Below are positions 34,033 to 45,366 of a stretch of DNA of 64,000 bases, one piece after another. Under the pieces are notes generated by a model, which did not search any database, was not told the DNA's origin, and saw nothing but the letters and a program-made list of their open reading frames with translations. The stretch comes from a virus (Duplodnaviria > Caudoviricetes). Position numbers and translations under genes: made by a program. Numbering within the stretch: the first letter of the stretch is position 1; each line of letters starts with the position of its first letter. Location of the stretch: IMG/VR virus record IMGVR_UViG_3300033061_001635, positions 96,001 through 160,000 of that record; one strand, 5' to 3'.

Positions 34033-37000
34033 TTATATTTGTATTATAGTAAGATCATCTATATATCCAGTATATGTTGAACCGCCCCAGCATTCTGCCA
34101 ATAATTCAACAACTCCAGCTTCTGTTGGAGTGAAGCTTAAGGATACTTGTTCCCAAGTATCAGCAGCAGCAGTCATATAACTAATAACATCATTAGTAAC
34201 TCCGGCTATTTGTCCACCTTTAACTTTTAATCTAAAAGTTAATCCAGTACTTGTGCGTCTCATCCATGCTTTGATTGTGACTATACTATTTGCACTAACA
34301 GCAATTTGAGATATTGAAAAATCAAAAGGATAACTATCTCTACGATAATCACTTGTTGGAGCCAAACTCCATGCATACCCAGTATTACTATATCTTACGC
34401 TTGTTTGAGGTCTTACTAAACCAAAATCACTATATATAAACAAATTATTAGAGGTATTATCATGAGTGGTACAATATATTCTGCCATTACCTCCTCCATA
34501 AAAACCAAATTCTGAACTTTCATTGATCAAACAATTGTTCAGATACATGCTTCCACCAAAACTAAACAAAGAATTATAAGAGCTAATATTTGAAGTTGTA
34601 CAGTTATTTAAGACTATATTACTACCACATCCTTGGGTTCTAATAGCCTCTCCTTGATTATTGTTAAAACTACAATTATTAAAAGTAGTATTTGTTCCAC
34701 CTCCAGTATCATAACAGCCTATTGACCCATTATTGTTTATATAGCAACTATTAAAAGTTATATTATTAAAAGTAGCTAAATCCATTCCACGCAGATTATT
34801 ACTTTGAAAATAACAATTCGTAAATTTATGTACATTAAATCCAAAACTAGTAACCATGCCAATATTATTGCCATTAGCAAATATATTTTCAAATTTACAG
34901 TACTGAGTAGCTGTTGATAAATCAAAGTTATTAGTACAAGATATTACATAAAAATCTTTAAAGAAAGTGAAACTTGCATTTGTTACAGATACCCTATCAT
35001 ATCGGACAAATCCTAACTTTTTAAAGCTCCAACTAGCTCTGGATGGTGATGATATTCCGTAGCCTAAGCCGTTTTGTCCATCAAAAAAGGAGATCCCGCT
35101 TTGAGTACTCATGTTGGTTCGGTCATATCCTCCCTCAACAGATAGGACGGGAGCAAAATGACTTGCAGAGTCATTGATAATATGCACACCATTAGAAGCA
35201 GCACTCTGTACAGCTGTTTTTATAGTTTCTCTTTTATATGTTGTTATTGTTTCGGTAGTTCCGTAGTATCCTTTTGAAAAGTTCCCCTGAGTACTAACAA
35301 CTGGATTATTAGATAGTCTTCCGTCTATTATAACTCTTGTGCCAACAATACTTTGTACGGGATACCAACTTTCATTGGTAGTATTTTTGCCGATGAGAGA
35401 AGTTAAACTTAATGAATTTGCACTAGAACTAGCTTTGCAGGCGATAATATTGCTAATGAGTAGTATTTGTTGTCCTATGTCACTTGTAACACGAAGAGCC
35501 ACACTTTGAATGCTAGATCCTAAATTAGTAGCAAGATCAACAGTAAAAACATGCCATATATTTGATACTCCCAAAGCCGGAATATTAAATGTATTGACAG
35601 GAGTTGCTCCGGCAGAATCGCTACACAACTGTATTTGTAATTGGCCAGCAGATCCTGTTGTTCCTAGAATTTGTTGTATAAAAAAACTTAATTGTTGATA
35701 TCCGCTAAGATCCTTTGCACTAAAAGATTTGTATGCGGCAACGCCAGTTGTAAAATTAGCTCCTATAGAAATATTATCAGAAATATTTCCTTGTTTTGTT
35801 GTAGTAGAAAGTGCTGTTGTGACGTTCGAACTCGGAGTCCAAACAGTTCTTCCTTCTCCTACATTACCATGACCAGCAATATTGTCTGTTAATGCTGAAT
35901 TTAATCTTACTACACAGTTTGTTGCTCTTCTTGCTGTTCCTGCTGCTCCTCCAACTCCGTTGCCTGTTGAACCAGTAAGAGTAAACGCTGTTGAACTTGT
36001 TACTGTTATTTCCCATGTTCCGTTAGCATTGGTATTTGTTGTGTGATCACATATAAATACGGTATCTCCGGTTGAATATCCGTGTGTTGCTGACGTGGTA
36101 ATGGCTATTGGAGTAGCGTTGGTAGATGATGCTATTGCTACAGTAGGAGACGATCCTGCCCCGTTCCATGTTGCACTACCTATACTTGTTGGATCTGGAC
36201 TAGCTTGTACCCTTATAACATCACAAGAATGAGTTCTAACTGCGGTTAATCCGTTTGTAAATGTTTGTATTCTTCCGCCGATATAGTATTGGCGACCACT
36301 AGTATCGGCCAATGCGGTTCCTGAACTAATAGCTGATAATGTTAAGCTTGTGCTGCTTACTCTTGCTATTATGTGATAGTAAGCGTATATGCTTCCATTA
36401 AAAATACTCAATATTTGGCCGGGAGGATTTTCGTATGCTGTAACAGAAGCTGCGACCTCTATTTGAACAGCAGTGAAATAAATTCCTTTTGTTGTATCTC
36501 CCATATAGCTGGTGTTGAGAGCGTCTAATCCGTTATAACCATCTTCGGCCAAATAAAAAGCGAAATTATCAGTCGAAGCAGAAGCAGATGATGTTGCTGT
36601 CATACTTAGTCGATACCATCCTCCACCAATATTGCTAATAGCTGCTGTTGCACTTGCTCCTGTTGCTTCAACAGTTCCACTAGACAAGTTAAATCGTACT
36701 GATTTTGTCGCATCATTGGCTAACTGAAAAATGACCTTATTTCTTCCGGCAGTTCTGACATAAACAGAAAATGTATATTGAGTACTATTCGATAGTGTTA
36801 CAAAAGGAGAAGCTTGAGTTCTAGCCAAATGTGTTGTGACAGTTGGATATTCTTGAAGATAATAAATGTAAGAACTTATTCCTGTTGGACCAGTTATAAC
36901 TTCATCAACATAATAGTCCAAGCTTAACAATCTGCAACCATTGTAACTTCCATAATTTTGCCAGAAATTAGTATGCCAGCATATGTTTTTAAGAGGAGCT

Positions 37001-37146
37001 ATAGTATTGTTATTAGGAAAATTTGCTGTTGCCGAACTAAAAGTAGTAGACGTTATTGCTCCATCACTTCCAGAAGCCAAAAGAGAGAAACTAGTTCCGC
37101 TGTAATTATCATTTCCAGATTCATTATCTAAATAAAATGTTGGCAT
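34033..37146 (-). CDS. Receptor-binding/spike protein with carbohydrate-binding-like domains and parallel beta-helix
   Basis: YTFSVYVR...GGGWYRLSMT...AVQIE jelly-roll-like region, then an ATPIAITT..HGYSTGD.V small domain (FCCH-like). C-terminal F.NC.F..N repeats are typical of pectin-lyase beta-helices. Confidence 0.65.
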   Translation of the reverse strand: MPTFYLDNESGNDNYSGTSFSLLASGSDGAITSTTFSSATANFPNNNTIAPLKNICWHTNFWQNYGSYNGCRLLSLDYYVDEVITGPTGISSYIYYLQEYPTVTTHLARTQASPFVTLSNSTQYTFSVYVRTAGRNKVIFQLANDATKSVRFNLSSGTVEATGASATAAISNIGGGWYRLSMTATSSASASTDNFAFYLAEDGYNGLDALNTSYMGDTTKGIYFTAVQIEVAASVTAYENPPGQILSIFNGSIYAYYHIIARVSSTSLTLSAISSGTALADTSGRQYYIGGRIQTFTNGLTAVRTHSCDVIRVQASPDPTSIGSATWNGAGSSPTVAIASSTNATPIAITTSATHGYSTGDTVFICDHTTNTNANGTWEITVTSSTAFTLTGSTGNGVGGAAGTARRATNCVVRLNSALTDNIAGHGNVGEGRTVWTPSSNVTTALSTTTKQGNISDNISIGANFTTGVAAYKSFSAKDLSGYQQLSFFIQQILGTTGSAGQLQIQLCSDSAGATPVNTFNIPALGVSNIWHVFTVDLATNLGSSIQSVALRVTSDIGQQILLISNIIACKASSSANSLSLTSLIGKNTTNESWYPVQSIVGTRVIIDGRLSNNPVVSTQGNFSKGYYGTTETITTYKRETIKTAVQSAASNGVHIINDSASHFAPVLSVEGGYDRTNMSTQSGISFFDGQNGLGYGISSPSRASWSFKKLGFVRYDRVSVTNASFTFFKDFYVISCTNNFDLSTATQYCKFENIFANGNNIGMVTSFGFNVHKFTNCYFQSNNLRGMDLATFNNITFNSCYINNNGSIGCYDTGGGTNTTFNNCSFNNNQGEAIRTQGCGSNIVLNNCTTSNISSYNSLFSFGGSMYLNNCLINESSEFGFYGGGNGRIYCTTHDNTSNNLFIYSDFGLVRPQTSVRYSNTGYAWSLAPTSDYRRDSYPFDFSISQIAVSANSIVTIKAWMRRTSTGLTFRLKVKGGQIAGVTNDVISYMTAAADTWEQVSLSFTPTEAGVVELLAECWGGSTYTGYIDDLTIIQI

Positions 37147-38204
37147 TATACATTCCTACCTAAAGATGTTTGAAATGCTTGAATTGCATTATAAAATGCT
37201 ATTGCTTCTGATGAGGATAATGAGGATCCTATGGAGTATCCTGCAAGCAAAGATGTTGTTAGAAAAGTAAGAGTGTATGCTCCAAAGCCGGATCCTCCAT
37301 CTGATGGGGGGGATCCTGTGATTAAATTTCTACCAAATATTGTGAAAGGTACGTTCGTAGCAAATGCAGTTATGGACGCAGTATAAGGCGTCCCAGCAGT
37401 TGAATTGGTATATGCTATGGAATATGAAGATGAAGAACGAATTCCCAGTTGAAATGCAGGATAGCCACTTATTGTTGGAATTGTTGTTCCTCCAGTGGTA
37501 TTAAGAATGATAGTGTTCTGAGCTATTTCGTAACTATGTCTGTTAGCAGTTATTGTGGTGTCATAATAATATGATCCTATAAGGGCTTGAGTATTGCCGG
37601 CTGTTTTACGATAAGCAGATAAGTGACAATTATATTCAAATCCAGATGGCAACTTATCTGGTCTTAGTCCTGTTCTTAAATGCTTGCTTGTTCCATCTCC
37701 CAACAATCCTCCATTAGATCCCGTTTCATTATAATCACCACTAACAAAACCGTTGTTCATGTCTACAGCCAAACCTAAAGACTGACCATAATAAGATGTG
37801 CTTGTGTATAGTGGAACACAACATGCTTGTAGGTTGTTGCCACAAAATAAATTAAGACGATAAAATTTGCTTCTTATTCCCGCATTATCTATTGCATTGC
37901 AAAAAGTATTTAATGCTGTTATTGTTGTGGAGTTTGCACTTCCAGCATTCCAATAGATGTTGGAGAGCCATTTATCAACTTCCATATGATTAGCCACACT
38001 TCTCTCCAGACCAGTCAATCTATTATTATAGGCAGCAACAAAAGGCTGTGCTTTATAAACAACATCTAATCCTAAAGTATTCTCATTCTTAGCAACAACC
38101 TGTACAAACGGCTGAGCTTTATACGCAGTATCCATAGTCAATAATTGACTTTTCTTGGGAAGTCGTGATGATCGTTGAGTGAAATTTTGTCTTATACTAA
38201 ACAT
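37146..38204 (-). CDS. Putative virion structural protein (possible lectin-like C-terminus)
   Basis: 352-aa Ser/Thr/Gly-rich ORF inside the fibre cluster, with a duplicated D..YKAQPFV motif at the N-terminus. Confidence 0.55.
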   Translation of the reverse strand: MFSIRQNFTQRSSRLPKKSQLLTMDTAYKAQPFVQVVAKNENTLGLDVVYKAQPFVAAYNNRLTGLERSVANHMEVDKWLSNIYWNAGSANSTTITALNTFCNAIDNAGIRSKFYRLNLFCGNNLQACCVPLYTSTSYYGQSLGLAVDMNNGFVSGDYNETGSNGGLLGDGTSKHLRTGLRPDKLPSGFEYNCHLSAYRKTAGNTQALIGSYYYDTTITANRHSYEIAQNTIILNTTGGTTIPTISGYPAFQLGIRSSSSYSIAYTNSTAGTPYTASITAFATNVPFTIFGRNLITGSPPSDGGSGFGAYTLTFLTTSLLAGYSIGSSLSSSEAIAFYNAIQAFQTSLGRNV

Positions 38205-38209
38205 AATTT

Positions 38210-41200
38210 TTAACCATAATTTTGAGAGAAACTACCATACCAGAAAGAGCCATCACTAATAAAACTATATATATCAACTTTACTAGCAATAATAGTTGCT
38301 GTTGGAATAGCACTATCGGCCCATCTTACTCCGCTGAAAGATGCAGTATAGTTTCCACTGCCGCTATTTAAGAACATGCTAAAGCTCTTGCCAGCAGTTG
38401 CTGTGGGCATAGTGAATGTGCAGTTACCCGTTAGTGTACAAGTTTGAACAGTTCCACTAGCCAAGCTAATAGTTTTACTAGTACTACTATTGCCAATAGC
38501 TACAACACTTTCTGTGAAACTATCAAAGGTAAGATTACCATTAACATTAACTAACCCATTTAGTTCTATACTTGCTGAAGGATCACATGTTAAGATGATA
38601 GAGGATCCACCTAAGCCGATATCGCCTCCACATCCGATTCCAATATTATCACTTAAACCAATACTAGCACCATCACTAGAATATATACTGGAACAAGTTA
38701 TATTTCCATTAAAAAAAGCACTTCCATTAATATTAGTATAAGAACTATTTAAATTAGTAGTATCATTATTACTATTTCCAATATAAATAGTTCCATTACC
38801 CTCAGTAGAACTAATTATTGATATGGGATCTTGAAAAGTATTTAAACTAATACCTTCATTAGTAATACAGCTTATATGACAACCTTCTGATGGAGCAGCT
38901 GGTTCACTACGAACTCTAAAACCACCCAGTACATCTAATTTAGTTGATGGAGTTGCTGTACCAATTCCAACATTTCCTATACTATCTATTCTTAATCTTT
39001 CAACTCCGCTGGTGGTAATACCAAAAGTATTTGTCTCTGGGCTAAATAATCCAGTATCAGGGTCGTTAATAAATGATAAATATTCTATTGCTAATGAAGA
39101 TAAATTTGAGATAGATAAATATACTTCTTGTCTTGTATAAGAGAATCCTCCACCTCCACCCTGAATCCAACTAGAAAATTTAATTTTCCAATATCTATTA
39201 GTTGGAACATGTTTCATTATTAATTCAGCATTAGGTAAACTATATCCTAAATTACCTCCAACAGTATTATATAAAGTATCATATGTTCTAGTTTTGATAT
39301 TAGTAATGTTTGACCATCCATCATTATTCCATAAGGTATTTGATGGACTGAGGTAATTAATGCCATTCCAACCTCCTTCTACCGCTAGATTATATATTCC
39401 CCCACCATTTCCTCTGGTTATTACTAGTGCTCCGGCTATGATAGTATCATAATTAGTAGCATAGGATCCATCTGGATGAGTATATGATACTAAAATTCCA
39501 GTTGATACTATTGTTCCAACCTTAAGACTGTCCATAAAACCAGAGCCAGACACATGTAATGGATACTGAGGATTAGATAAGCCTATTCCAATATTATTAC
39601 CGCTTTGATAAATTACGCTATTATTTAATCCGCTACCTCCAGTTCCAAACTTACTTAAGTAATTAGCAGTTCCTACCGGTAGTAGTCCGCTTACGCTACT
39701 ATTGAAGTTTGTTATATCATTTGATGTATGAGTATGGCCACTAATACTAACACCAGTACCATTTACATTAAGACTGTTAGTGAAATTACCACTATTAGCT
39801 GTTATCAACCCACTAACTTGTAATCTACCGTTTGGAGAAGAAGTTCCAACACCAACATTTCCTTCTACAATCAAACCATTTGTTGGAGGAGTTAAATTAT
39901 AATTAGCGCCAATAGAAACACCGCCACTAATAGCTACTAAACCGCTAGGGGCAGTAAAACCAACACCAAATGTCCCACCGCCAATACAAACAAAGCTTCT
40001 ATTAGCTCCTCCACCAGCAAGAGAGTTGCTAAACTGATATCGTACAACCGAGTAGTCTGTTGAATAACCATAAAAGTAGCTATTTGAACTAACTGCTCCC
40101 CTAAAAATTGAATCTCCTCCTGTAACATCTAATTTGAATCCTACTTGTGGAGTATTACCAATACCAACATTTCCAATAGGATCAATATATAATCTATTAA
40201 CACCGCTGGTTGTTAGACTAAGAGCATTAGTTGCTGGATTGTACAAGCCCGCATTAGTATTTCCAATAAATGAATAAGATGGAGAAGATGCTGATCCAGA
40301 ACCGGCTAAAATACCGCTAGTAAAAGTACCGCTATTAGTAACATTTATTCCATTACTAAATTGCGCAGTAGTTCCACTGAAAGTTAGTCCACCGCCATTG
40401 CCGTCTTGAGAAATACTACCATAAGATGACAATTCGATAGCAGTAGCTGAACTACCGTTTCCAAGTCTTATTTTTGCTGCTTGAATTCTAAATGCTGTAT
40501 TGGTAGGTGAATTAAAGTATAATGCTCCATTATCTGCTTGAATTGATCCACCATAACCATCAGCATTTTCTAATCTTATACCTTGAGGATTTACAGACGA
40601 GCCACTAATGTGAATTAAATCTAATGGAGAATTCGTTCCAACGCCTATTCCAGAAGAAAAGATACCAGTACCAATTACATGAAGTTGTCCACTTGGAGTG
40701 GTTGTTCCAATACCAACTCCCGAACTAGTTACTCTCATAACTTCCGAGTTCATCGGAGTGAATTTAATATATTGATTTGCAAATGTTTGAGAAGAATTAT
40801 GACCAATAGTTATGGGACCATTTCCAGCATTCAAAACAACATCAGCACTTTGGTTTCCAACTTTAACATACGCATTTGCAGCATCTAAATATAGATTACC
40901 ATTCGTATCTGCTCTAACTTTAAGAGAAGTATCTGATGATGCTGATGTAGACTTAAAATATACTGTCCCTAAATTATTTCCAGTACCTCTAACATAAACA
41001 TCACCAGCAACATCAAGATGTCCGCTTGGAGTAGCAGTTCCTATTCCAAATCTTCCTCTATTATCAAAAGTCGCAACTTCTGAATAATAATTATAGATTT
41101 TTAATCTACCAGAAGATGATACGTCTATATACTGATCACCTGCTCCTTTACCTCTATAACCTATAATCATTGATCTAGTATTATTATCAAGAGTTATCCA

Positions 41201-42040
41201 ACTAGCGCCATCATTGTAGGAACGAATTGAAGCATTGGTGCCTTCACCATTATTAGTTGGATTTAATATAGTAAAACCATTTGGCAAAAACATTTTACTA
41301 AAAGTATCAATACCAATAACGTCAGTACCATTTCTAGATATAAAAAAACTATCATCAAAATTGCCAGGACCACCAATTCTAAAATCTATTCTAGGATTAT
41401 TAGTACTAGCTCCACTATTTAATCTCAATAAAGAACCAAATGCTCTTTCATTTACATCAGGGAAAAGTCCACTAGCTCCACTAATATGAACAAAAGTATG
41501 AGGAGTTGCAGCGTAAGATATCCAGTTTGGAAAACCGCTAATGCCTACTCCTAGTTTATTACTAAATATTCCTGTGCCTATAACATGTAATTGACCACTT
41601 GGTGTAATAGTTCCAATACCAACATTAGTTCCATTATCAAAAATGATTCCACTACTAATACTATTAGATCCGCTCCATCGTGTCAAATATCCACTAGTTC
41701 CAACTCCAGTAACAGGATTAGTAAGAGCTAATTGGTAAGGAGTTAATAATCCACTAACACTACTGTTAAAGTCAGTAATATTTGATGATACGTGAGTATG
41801 GCCGCTAAAGCTTACTCCGGTACCGTTTACTTGTAAAGATTGAGTAAAATTACCACTAGCTGGAGTTATACTAGTTCCACTAATACTAGTAACTCCAAGA
41901 TTAATTATAGAATTACTACTATTTTTAGTATATAATTTACCATCAACTATATTAATAGCTAATTCACCCTGGGCTAATCCTGTAACAGCAGGAGCAACAC
42001 CGCCGGTGCTACTCCTTTTATGTTGTATAATATTTGCCAT
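38210..42040 (-). CDS. Fibre protein (1,276 aa) with GNVGIGTxxP repeats
   Basis: N-terminal IQHKRS...GELAINIVDGKLY domain, many G(N)VGIGTxTP repeats, and GHTH motifs. Confidence 0.75.
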   Translation of the reverse strand: MANIIQHKRSSTGGVAPAVTGLAQGELAINIVDGKLYTKNSSNSIINLGVTSISGTSITPASGNFTQSLQVNGTGVSFSGHTHVSSNITDFNSSVSGLLTPYQLALTNPVTGVGTSGYLTRWSGSNSISSGIIFDNGTNVGIGTITPSGQLHVIGTGIFSNKLGVGISGFPNWISYAATPHTFVHISGASGLFPDVNERAFGSLLRLNSGASTNNPRIDFRIGGPGNFDDSFFISRNGTDVIGIDTFSKMFLPNGFTILNPTNNGEGTNASIRSYNDGASWITLDNNTRSMIIGYRGKGAGDQYIDVSSSGRLKIYNYYSEVATFDNRGRFGIGTATPSGHLDVAGDVYVRGTGNNLGTVYFKSTSASSDTSLKVRADTNGNLYLDAANAYVKVGNQSADVVLNAGNGPITIGHNSSQTFANQYIKFTPMNSEVMRVTSSGVGIGTTTPSGQLHVIGTGIFSSGIGVGTNSPLDLIHISGSSVNPQGIRLENADGYGGSIQADNGALYFNSPTNTAFRIQAAKIRLGNGSSATAIELSSYGSISQDGNGGGLTFSGTTAQFSNGINVTNSGTFTSGILAGSGSASSPSYSFIGNTNAGLYNPATNALSLTTSGVNRLYIDPIGNVGIGNTPQVGFKLDVTGGDSIFRGAVSSNSYFYGYSTDYSVVRYQFSNSLAGGGANRSFVCIGGGTFGVGFTAPSGLVAISGGVSIGANYNLTPPTNGLIVEGNVGVGTSSPNGRLQVSGLITANSGNFTNSLNVNGTGVSISGHTHTSNDITNFNSSVSGLLPVGTANYLSKFGTGGSGLNNSVIYQSGNNIGIGLSNPQYPLHVSGSGFMDSLKVGTIVSTGILVSYTHPDGSYATNYDTIIAGALVITRGNGGGIYNLAVEGGWNGINYLSPSNTLWNNDGWSNITNIKTRTYDTLYNTVGGNLGYSLPNAELIMKHVPTNRYWKIKFSSWIQGGGGGFSYTRQEVYLSISNLSSLAIEYLSFINDPDTGLFSPETNTFGITTSGVERLRIDSIGNVGIGTATPSTKLDVLGGFRVRSEPAAPSEGCHISCITNEGISLNTFQDPISIISSTEGNGTIYIGNSNNDTTNLNSSYTNINGSAFFNGNITCSSIYSSDGASIGLSDNIGIGCGGDIGLGGSSIILTCDPSASIELNGLVNVNGNLTFDSFTESVVAIGNSSTSKTISLASGTVQTCTLTGNCTFTMPTATAGKSFSMFLNSGSGNYTASFSGVRWADSAIPTATIIASKVDIYSFISDGSFWYGSFSQNYG

Positions 42041-42057
42041 TTAATCTCTAACTATTT

Positions 42058-45045
42058 TTAGAATGTTCCACCATCTAATGTGCAATCAACAATAGCAGCA
42101 CATACTGTTGCTGATGTTAAATATGCTGATGCTGCTGATGTAACAGCTGTAACATGTCCAAATGCATCTACTGTTATGCTAGCAATACCGTTGCTTCCTT
42201 GTGCTCCGTTAAGACTTGATGTTGAACTATGGGCTACTGTTATGCTTCCTGCTCCATTAGTAATAGCTATTCCAGTGCCTTGTGTCAAAGTGGCTTTAGT
42301 TAAAGTATTACCAGTAGAGTTACCAATTAATAATTGACCATTAGTATATGTTGTATCTCCAGTTCCACCATTAGCAACAGGTAGTGTTCCACTAACATGA
42401 GTTGTTAAACCAACTTTGCCCCATGAAGGAGCAGTTGAAACTCCACCGGCCAATAATACGTTGCCAGTAGCAACATCAGCTAATTTGGCTAAACTAGTTG
42501 TGGTATCAGCATATAATAAATCTCCAACAGCATATGAACTTTGGCCAGTTCCACCCTTGGTGGCAGATATATTTGTAGCACTCCAGGTTCCAGCAGTTAC
42601 TGTTCCCAATGTAGTTAAATTAGTAGAACCAGCCCAACTGCTTAGTGCTGTATTTTCAACACTACCTAAACCAATATCGCTTTTAATTTGACTAGGAGTT
42701 CTATGAGCCAGAGCTTGTGCTGCACTAGAAGGATCGCTTGTGAATACTGGAAAGTATAATCCTGACGAGGCTGTTGAAGCCATCAAAACAGACAGTCCAG
42801 AATTTAACACTGGTCTATCAGATAGAGTCTTTACTCCAGCAATAGTTTGGGCTCCAGTAGTATAAACTCCGTTTGTTACAGTAGCAGCATTACCGTCAAT
42901 ACTTGTTATACCAGTTAATACTAGAGATGAGCTACTTCTATTTATAGCAACACTGGTTGTTCCTATGAACATAGTTTGACCACTGGCCGCAGCTCCAATA
43001 GCTGTTCTAAAATCAGTATCGCTCAAAGACGATACGCTATTATCAGCATTGATTCTAGTAAAAGATATTGTTCCAGGATTAGTTAAACTTATTAAATTTT
43101 GACCAACTGTTGTGGCAGAGAACCCGGCATCTTTGATAATCTTACCAGTTGCTCCATTAAATAATGCAAAACGATTATCTGTTGACGAAGCTGGTCCCAC
43201 AACAGCTCCATCAATATTTGTTTGAGCAACAGTCCATGTGCTATTAACATTACCAAGAGCATCAGCAACACCTATAACTAAATCTCCAATTTCGCAAACC
43301 ACACCAGCATATGTTCCTGTTGCAACCACCCTATAGGTCCAACCAGCACTAATTGTTCCTGTTGGAAGAGTTCCTGGCGTACCTCCTGCTCCAATAGTTC
43401 CTTTAAAAATCATAGCATCATTAGCAGCTAATAAACTATCAACATAAGTTATAACAGCATCTGCCCTAGGAATAGCAGTAGAGCTACTAGATAGAGTAGT
43501 TTGTACGCTATATCCGTCAGATAAAGCATCTCCTGTTGTTCCATTCCATGCTGGAATATTGCCATTTGTTGAAGATGCTAACTTTTTAATTTGAGCATTA
43601 TCAGTAACATTGCTTAATCCTACTTTAGACTTGGCTAAACTACTTATCCATGCTGGATCAGCATATGAACCAGATGTATACACTCCGCTAGTTACTGTTC
43701 CAGCATTACCGTCTATACTAATACCTGTCAATGTTTGAGATGCTGAAGATCTATTGATAGCAAATAATGTAGTTCCAATATACATGTTTTGATTAGTAGC
43801 AGCCTTACCATCTATTTGTGTTTGAATAGCGCTAGTAACACCTTTTACATATGCTAATTCTGTTAATGATGGATATGTAGCTGTAGATAACGATGTAACG
43901 TTTTTGTTAGCGTCAAAACTAGCGATTGTACTAGCTGTTTGATTAGGTATATTTAATCCACTAGAAAAAATACCGCTACCAATAACGTGTAGTTGACCGC
44001 TTGGTGTATTTGTTCCAATTCCAACATTTCCATCATTTCTAGCAAATAAAATACTATTACTATTAGAATTAACAATATTTAAAACACCAAGACTTGAATC
44101 TGATGTTGATCCTTTTATGTTTAATCTGTGAGTAATACCAACAAATGAACCTATACCCATATTGCCGTCATTTCTGATATCCAAAATTGCACCATATGAC
44201 GAATCTAAGATTTTGCAAGCAGATGCTCCATTAGAGGTATCTGGAGTCAGGATATAAAGTGTAGGATTTAAAGATAATGGATTAGCCCCAAGACTTAATC
44301 CACTACTAAATAATTTTCTATCACTAATAGTTTGAACACCAGTTGTTCTTACAACAGTACTATCAACAGCTATAGCATCAGCACTAACGGTTATGCCGTC
44401 ACCTTGTCCGATATTAAATGTTCTATCAGCACTAAGATCAAGAGCAGCCGATCCAGCTAAGCCGCTTCCAGGAGTGATAGTTCTACTAGTATAAACTCCA
44501 CTAGTTACAGTACCAGCATTTCCAGTAACGCTTATATTCCATGTTCCAGTAGCATTAGCTCCACCCACAGATGGAGATCCAATACTATTATATGAAATTG
44601 TTTTTGCTGAACTTCCATTAAAAGTTGATCCACTGTTATCTCCAGCCCCACCATTATTAATAGTTAAAGAGTTAGTAACACTACCAGCACTTCCTGTTGT
44701 ATTTTGATTAAGAGTAGGAACATCAGACGCTATAATATTTCCCATAAGAACATTCGTTCCATTACCTCTCATGAAATATCCAGAAGTAACAGTGCCACCA
44801 GCTAAATTATTTCTTGATGTTTGAGTATTATTTAAGTCTGATAAATTATTATTTTTATTTAAATAGGCTCCACTACCAGCAATGGGTATAACTTGGGTGG
44901 CTGTTCCTCCTGCTCCGCCAGTGCCATATCCATAATAAAGAATATTATCTCCTTCATTATATGCTAACTCTGCATTGGCTAATCCAGACGGTGCTCCAGC
45001 GCCAACACCAGATGCACGACGTTTGATTCTTATTGTATTAGCCAT
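42058..45045 (-). CDS. Fibre protein (995 aa)
   Basis: N-terminal IRIKRR...AELAYNE..LYYG, Ser/Thr/Gly-rich fibre repeats (GGTG), C-terminal LDGGTF. Confidence 0.75.
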   Translation of the reverse strand: MANTIRIKRRASGVGAGAPSGLANAELAYNEGDNILYYGYGTGGAGGTATQVIPIAGSGAYLNKNNNLSDLNNTQTSRNNLAGGTVTSGYFMRGNGTNVLMGNIIASDVPTLNQNTTGSAGSVTNSLTINNGGAGDNSGSTFNGSSAKTISYNSIGSPSVGGANATGTWNISVTGNAGTVTSGVYTSRTITPGSGLAGSAALDLSADRTFNIGQGDGITVSADAIAVDSTVVRTTGVQTISDRKLFSSGLSLGANPLSLNPTLYILTPDTSNGASACKILDSSYGAILDIRNDGNMGIGSFVGITHRLNIKGSTSDSSLGVLNIVNSNSNSILFARNDGNVGIGTNTPSGQLHVIGSGIFSSGLNIPNQTASTIASFDANKNVTSLSTATYPSLTELAYVKGVTSAIQTQIDGKAATNQNMYIGTTLFAINRSSASQTLTGISIDGNAGTVTSGVYTSGSYADPAWISSLAKSKVGLSNVTDNAQIKKLASSTNGNIPAWNGTTGDALSDGYSVQTTLSSSSTAIPRADAVITYVDSLLAANDAMIFKGTIGAGGTPGTLPTGTISAGWTYRVVATGTYAGVVCEIGDLVIGVADALGNVNSTWTVAQTNIDGAVVGPASSTDNRFALFNGATGKIIKDAGFSATTVGQNLISLTNPGTISFTRINADNSVSSLSDTDFRTAIGAAASGQTMFIGTTSVAINRSSSSLVLTGITSIDGNAATVTNGVYTTGAQTIAGVKTLSDRPVLNSGLSVLMASTASSGLYFPVFTSDPSSAAQALAHRTPSQIKSDIGLGSVENTALSSWAGSTNLTTLGTVTAGTWSATNISATKGGTGQSSYAVGDLLYADTTTSLAKLADVATGNVLLAGGVSTAPSWGKVGLTTHVSGTLPVANGGTGDTTYTNGQLLIGNSTGNTLTKATLTQGTGIAITNGAGSITVAHSSTSSLNGAQGSNGIASITVDAFGHVTAVTSAASAYLTSATVCAAIVDCTLDGGTF

Positions 45046-45090
45046 TTTTTCCCCTTATTACGAAAAATATAAAAATTTAGTTAAATATAT

Positions 45091-45096
45091 ATACAC
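45091..45096 (-). promoter_or_regulatory. Putative late promoter motif GTGTAT
   Basis: AAGTGTATATATAT, 46 bp upstream of the ATG at 45045. Confidence 0.55.
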
Positions 45097-45098
45097 TT

Positions 45099-45365
45099 TT
45101 AACAATTTCCACCATCAAGAATATCAGAAGTATTAATTGTAGAATAATTAGCCACCAATAGAGAACCACTATTAGGAACAGAAACTGTACCACTAGCATA
45201 TATTCTTAATATACTAGGATTTAATGAACTTTTAAAATTAAGACTATTATCATTTAAAGCTTCAATAGTTATAGGAATATTTCCAGAACCAGTAAATTCA
45301 ATTCTAGGATATCCAGAAGTTCCAGTTTCTGGAAAAATACCAATTGTTTTATCAGCATTAGCCAT
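45099..45365 (-). CDS. Small fibre adaptor-like protein ending LDGGNC
   Basis: 88-aa ORF packed in the fibre cluster. Confidence 0.7.
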   Translation of the reverse strand: MANADKTIGIFPETGTSGYPRIEFTGSGNIPITIEALNDNSLNFKSSLNPSILRIYASGTVSVPNSGSLLVANYSTINTSDILDGGNC

Positions 45366-45366
45366 A

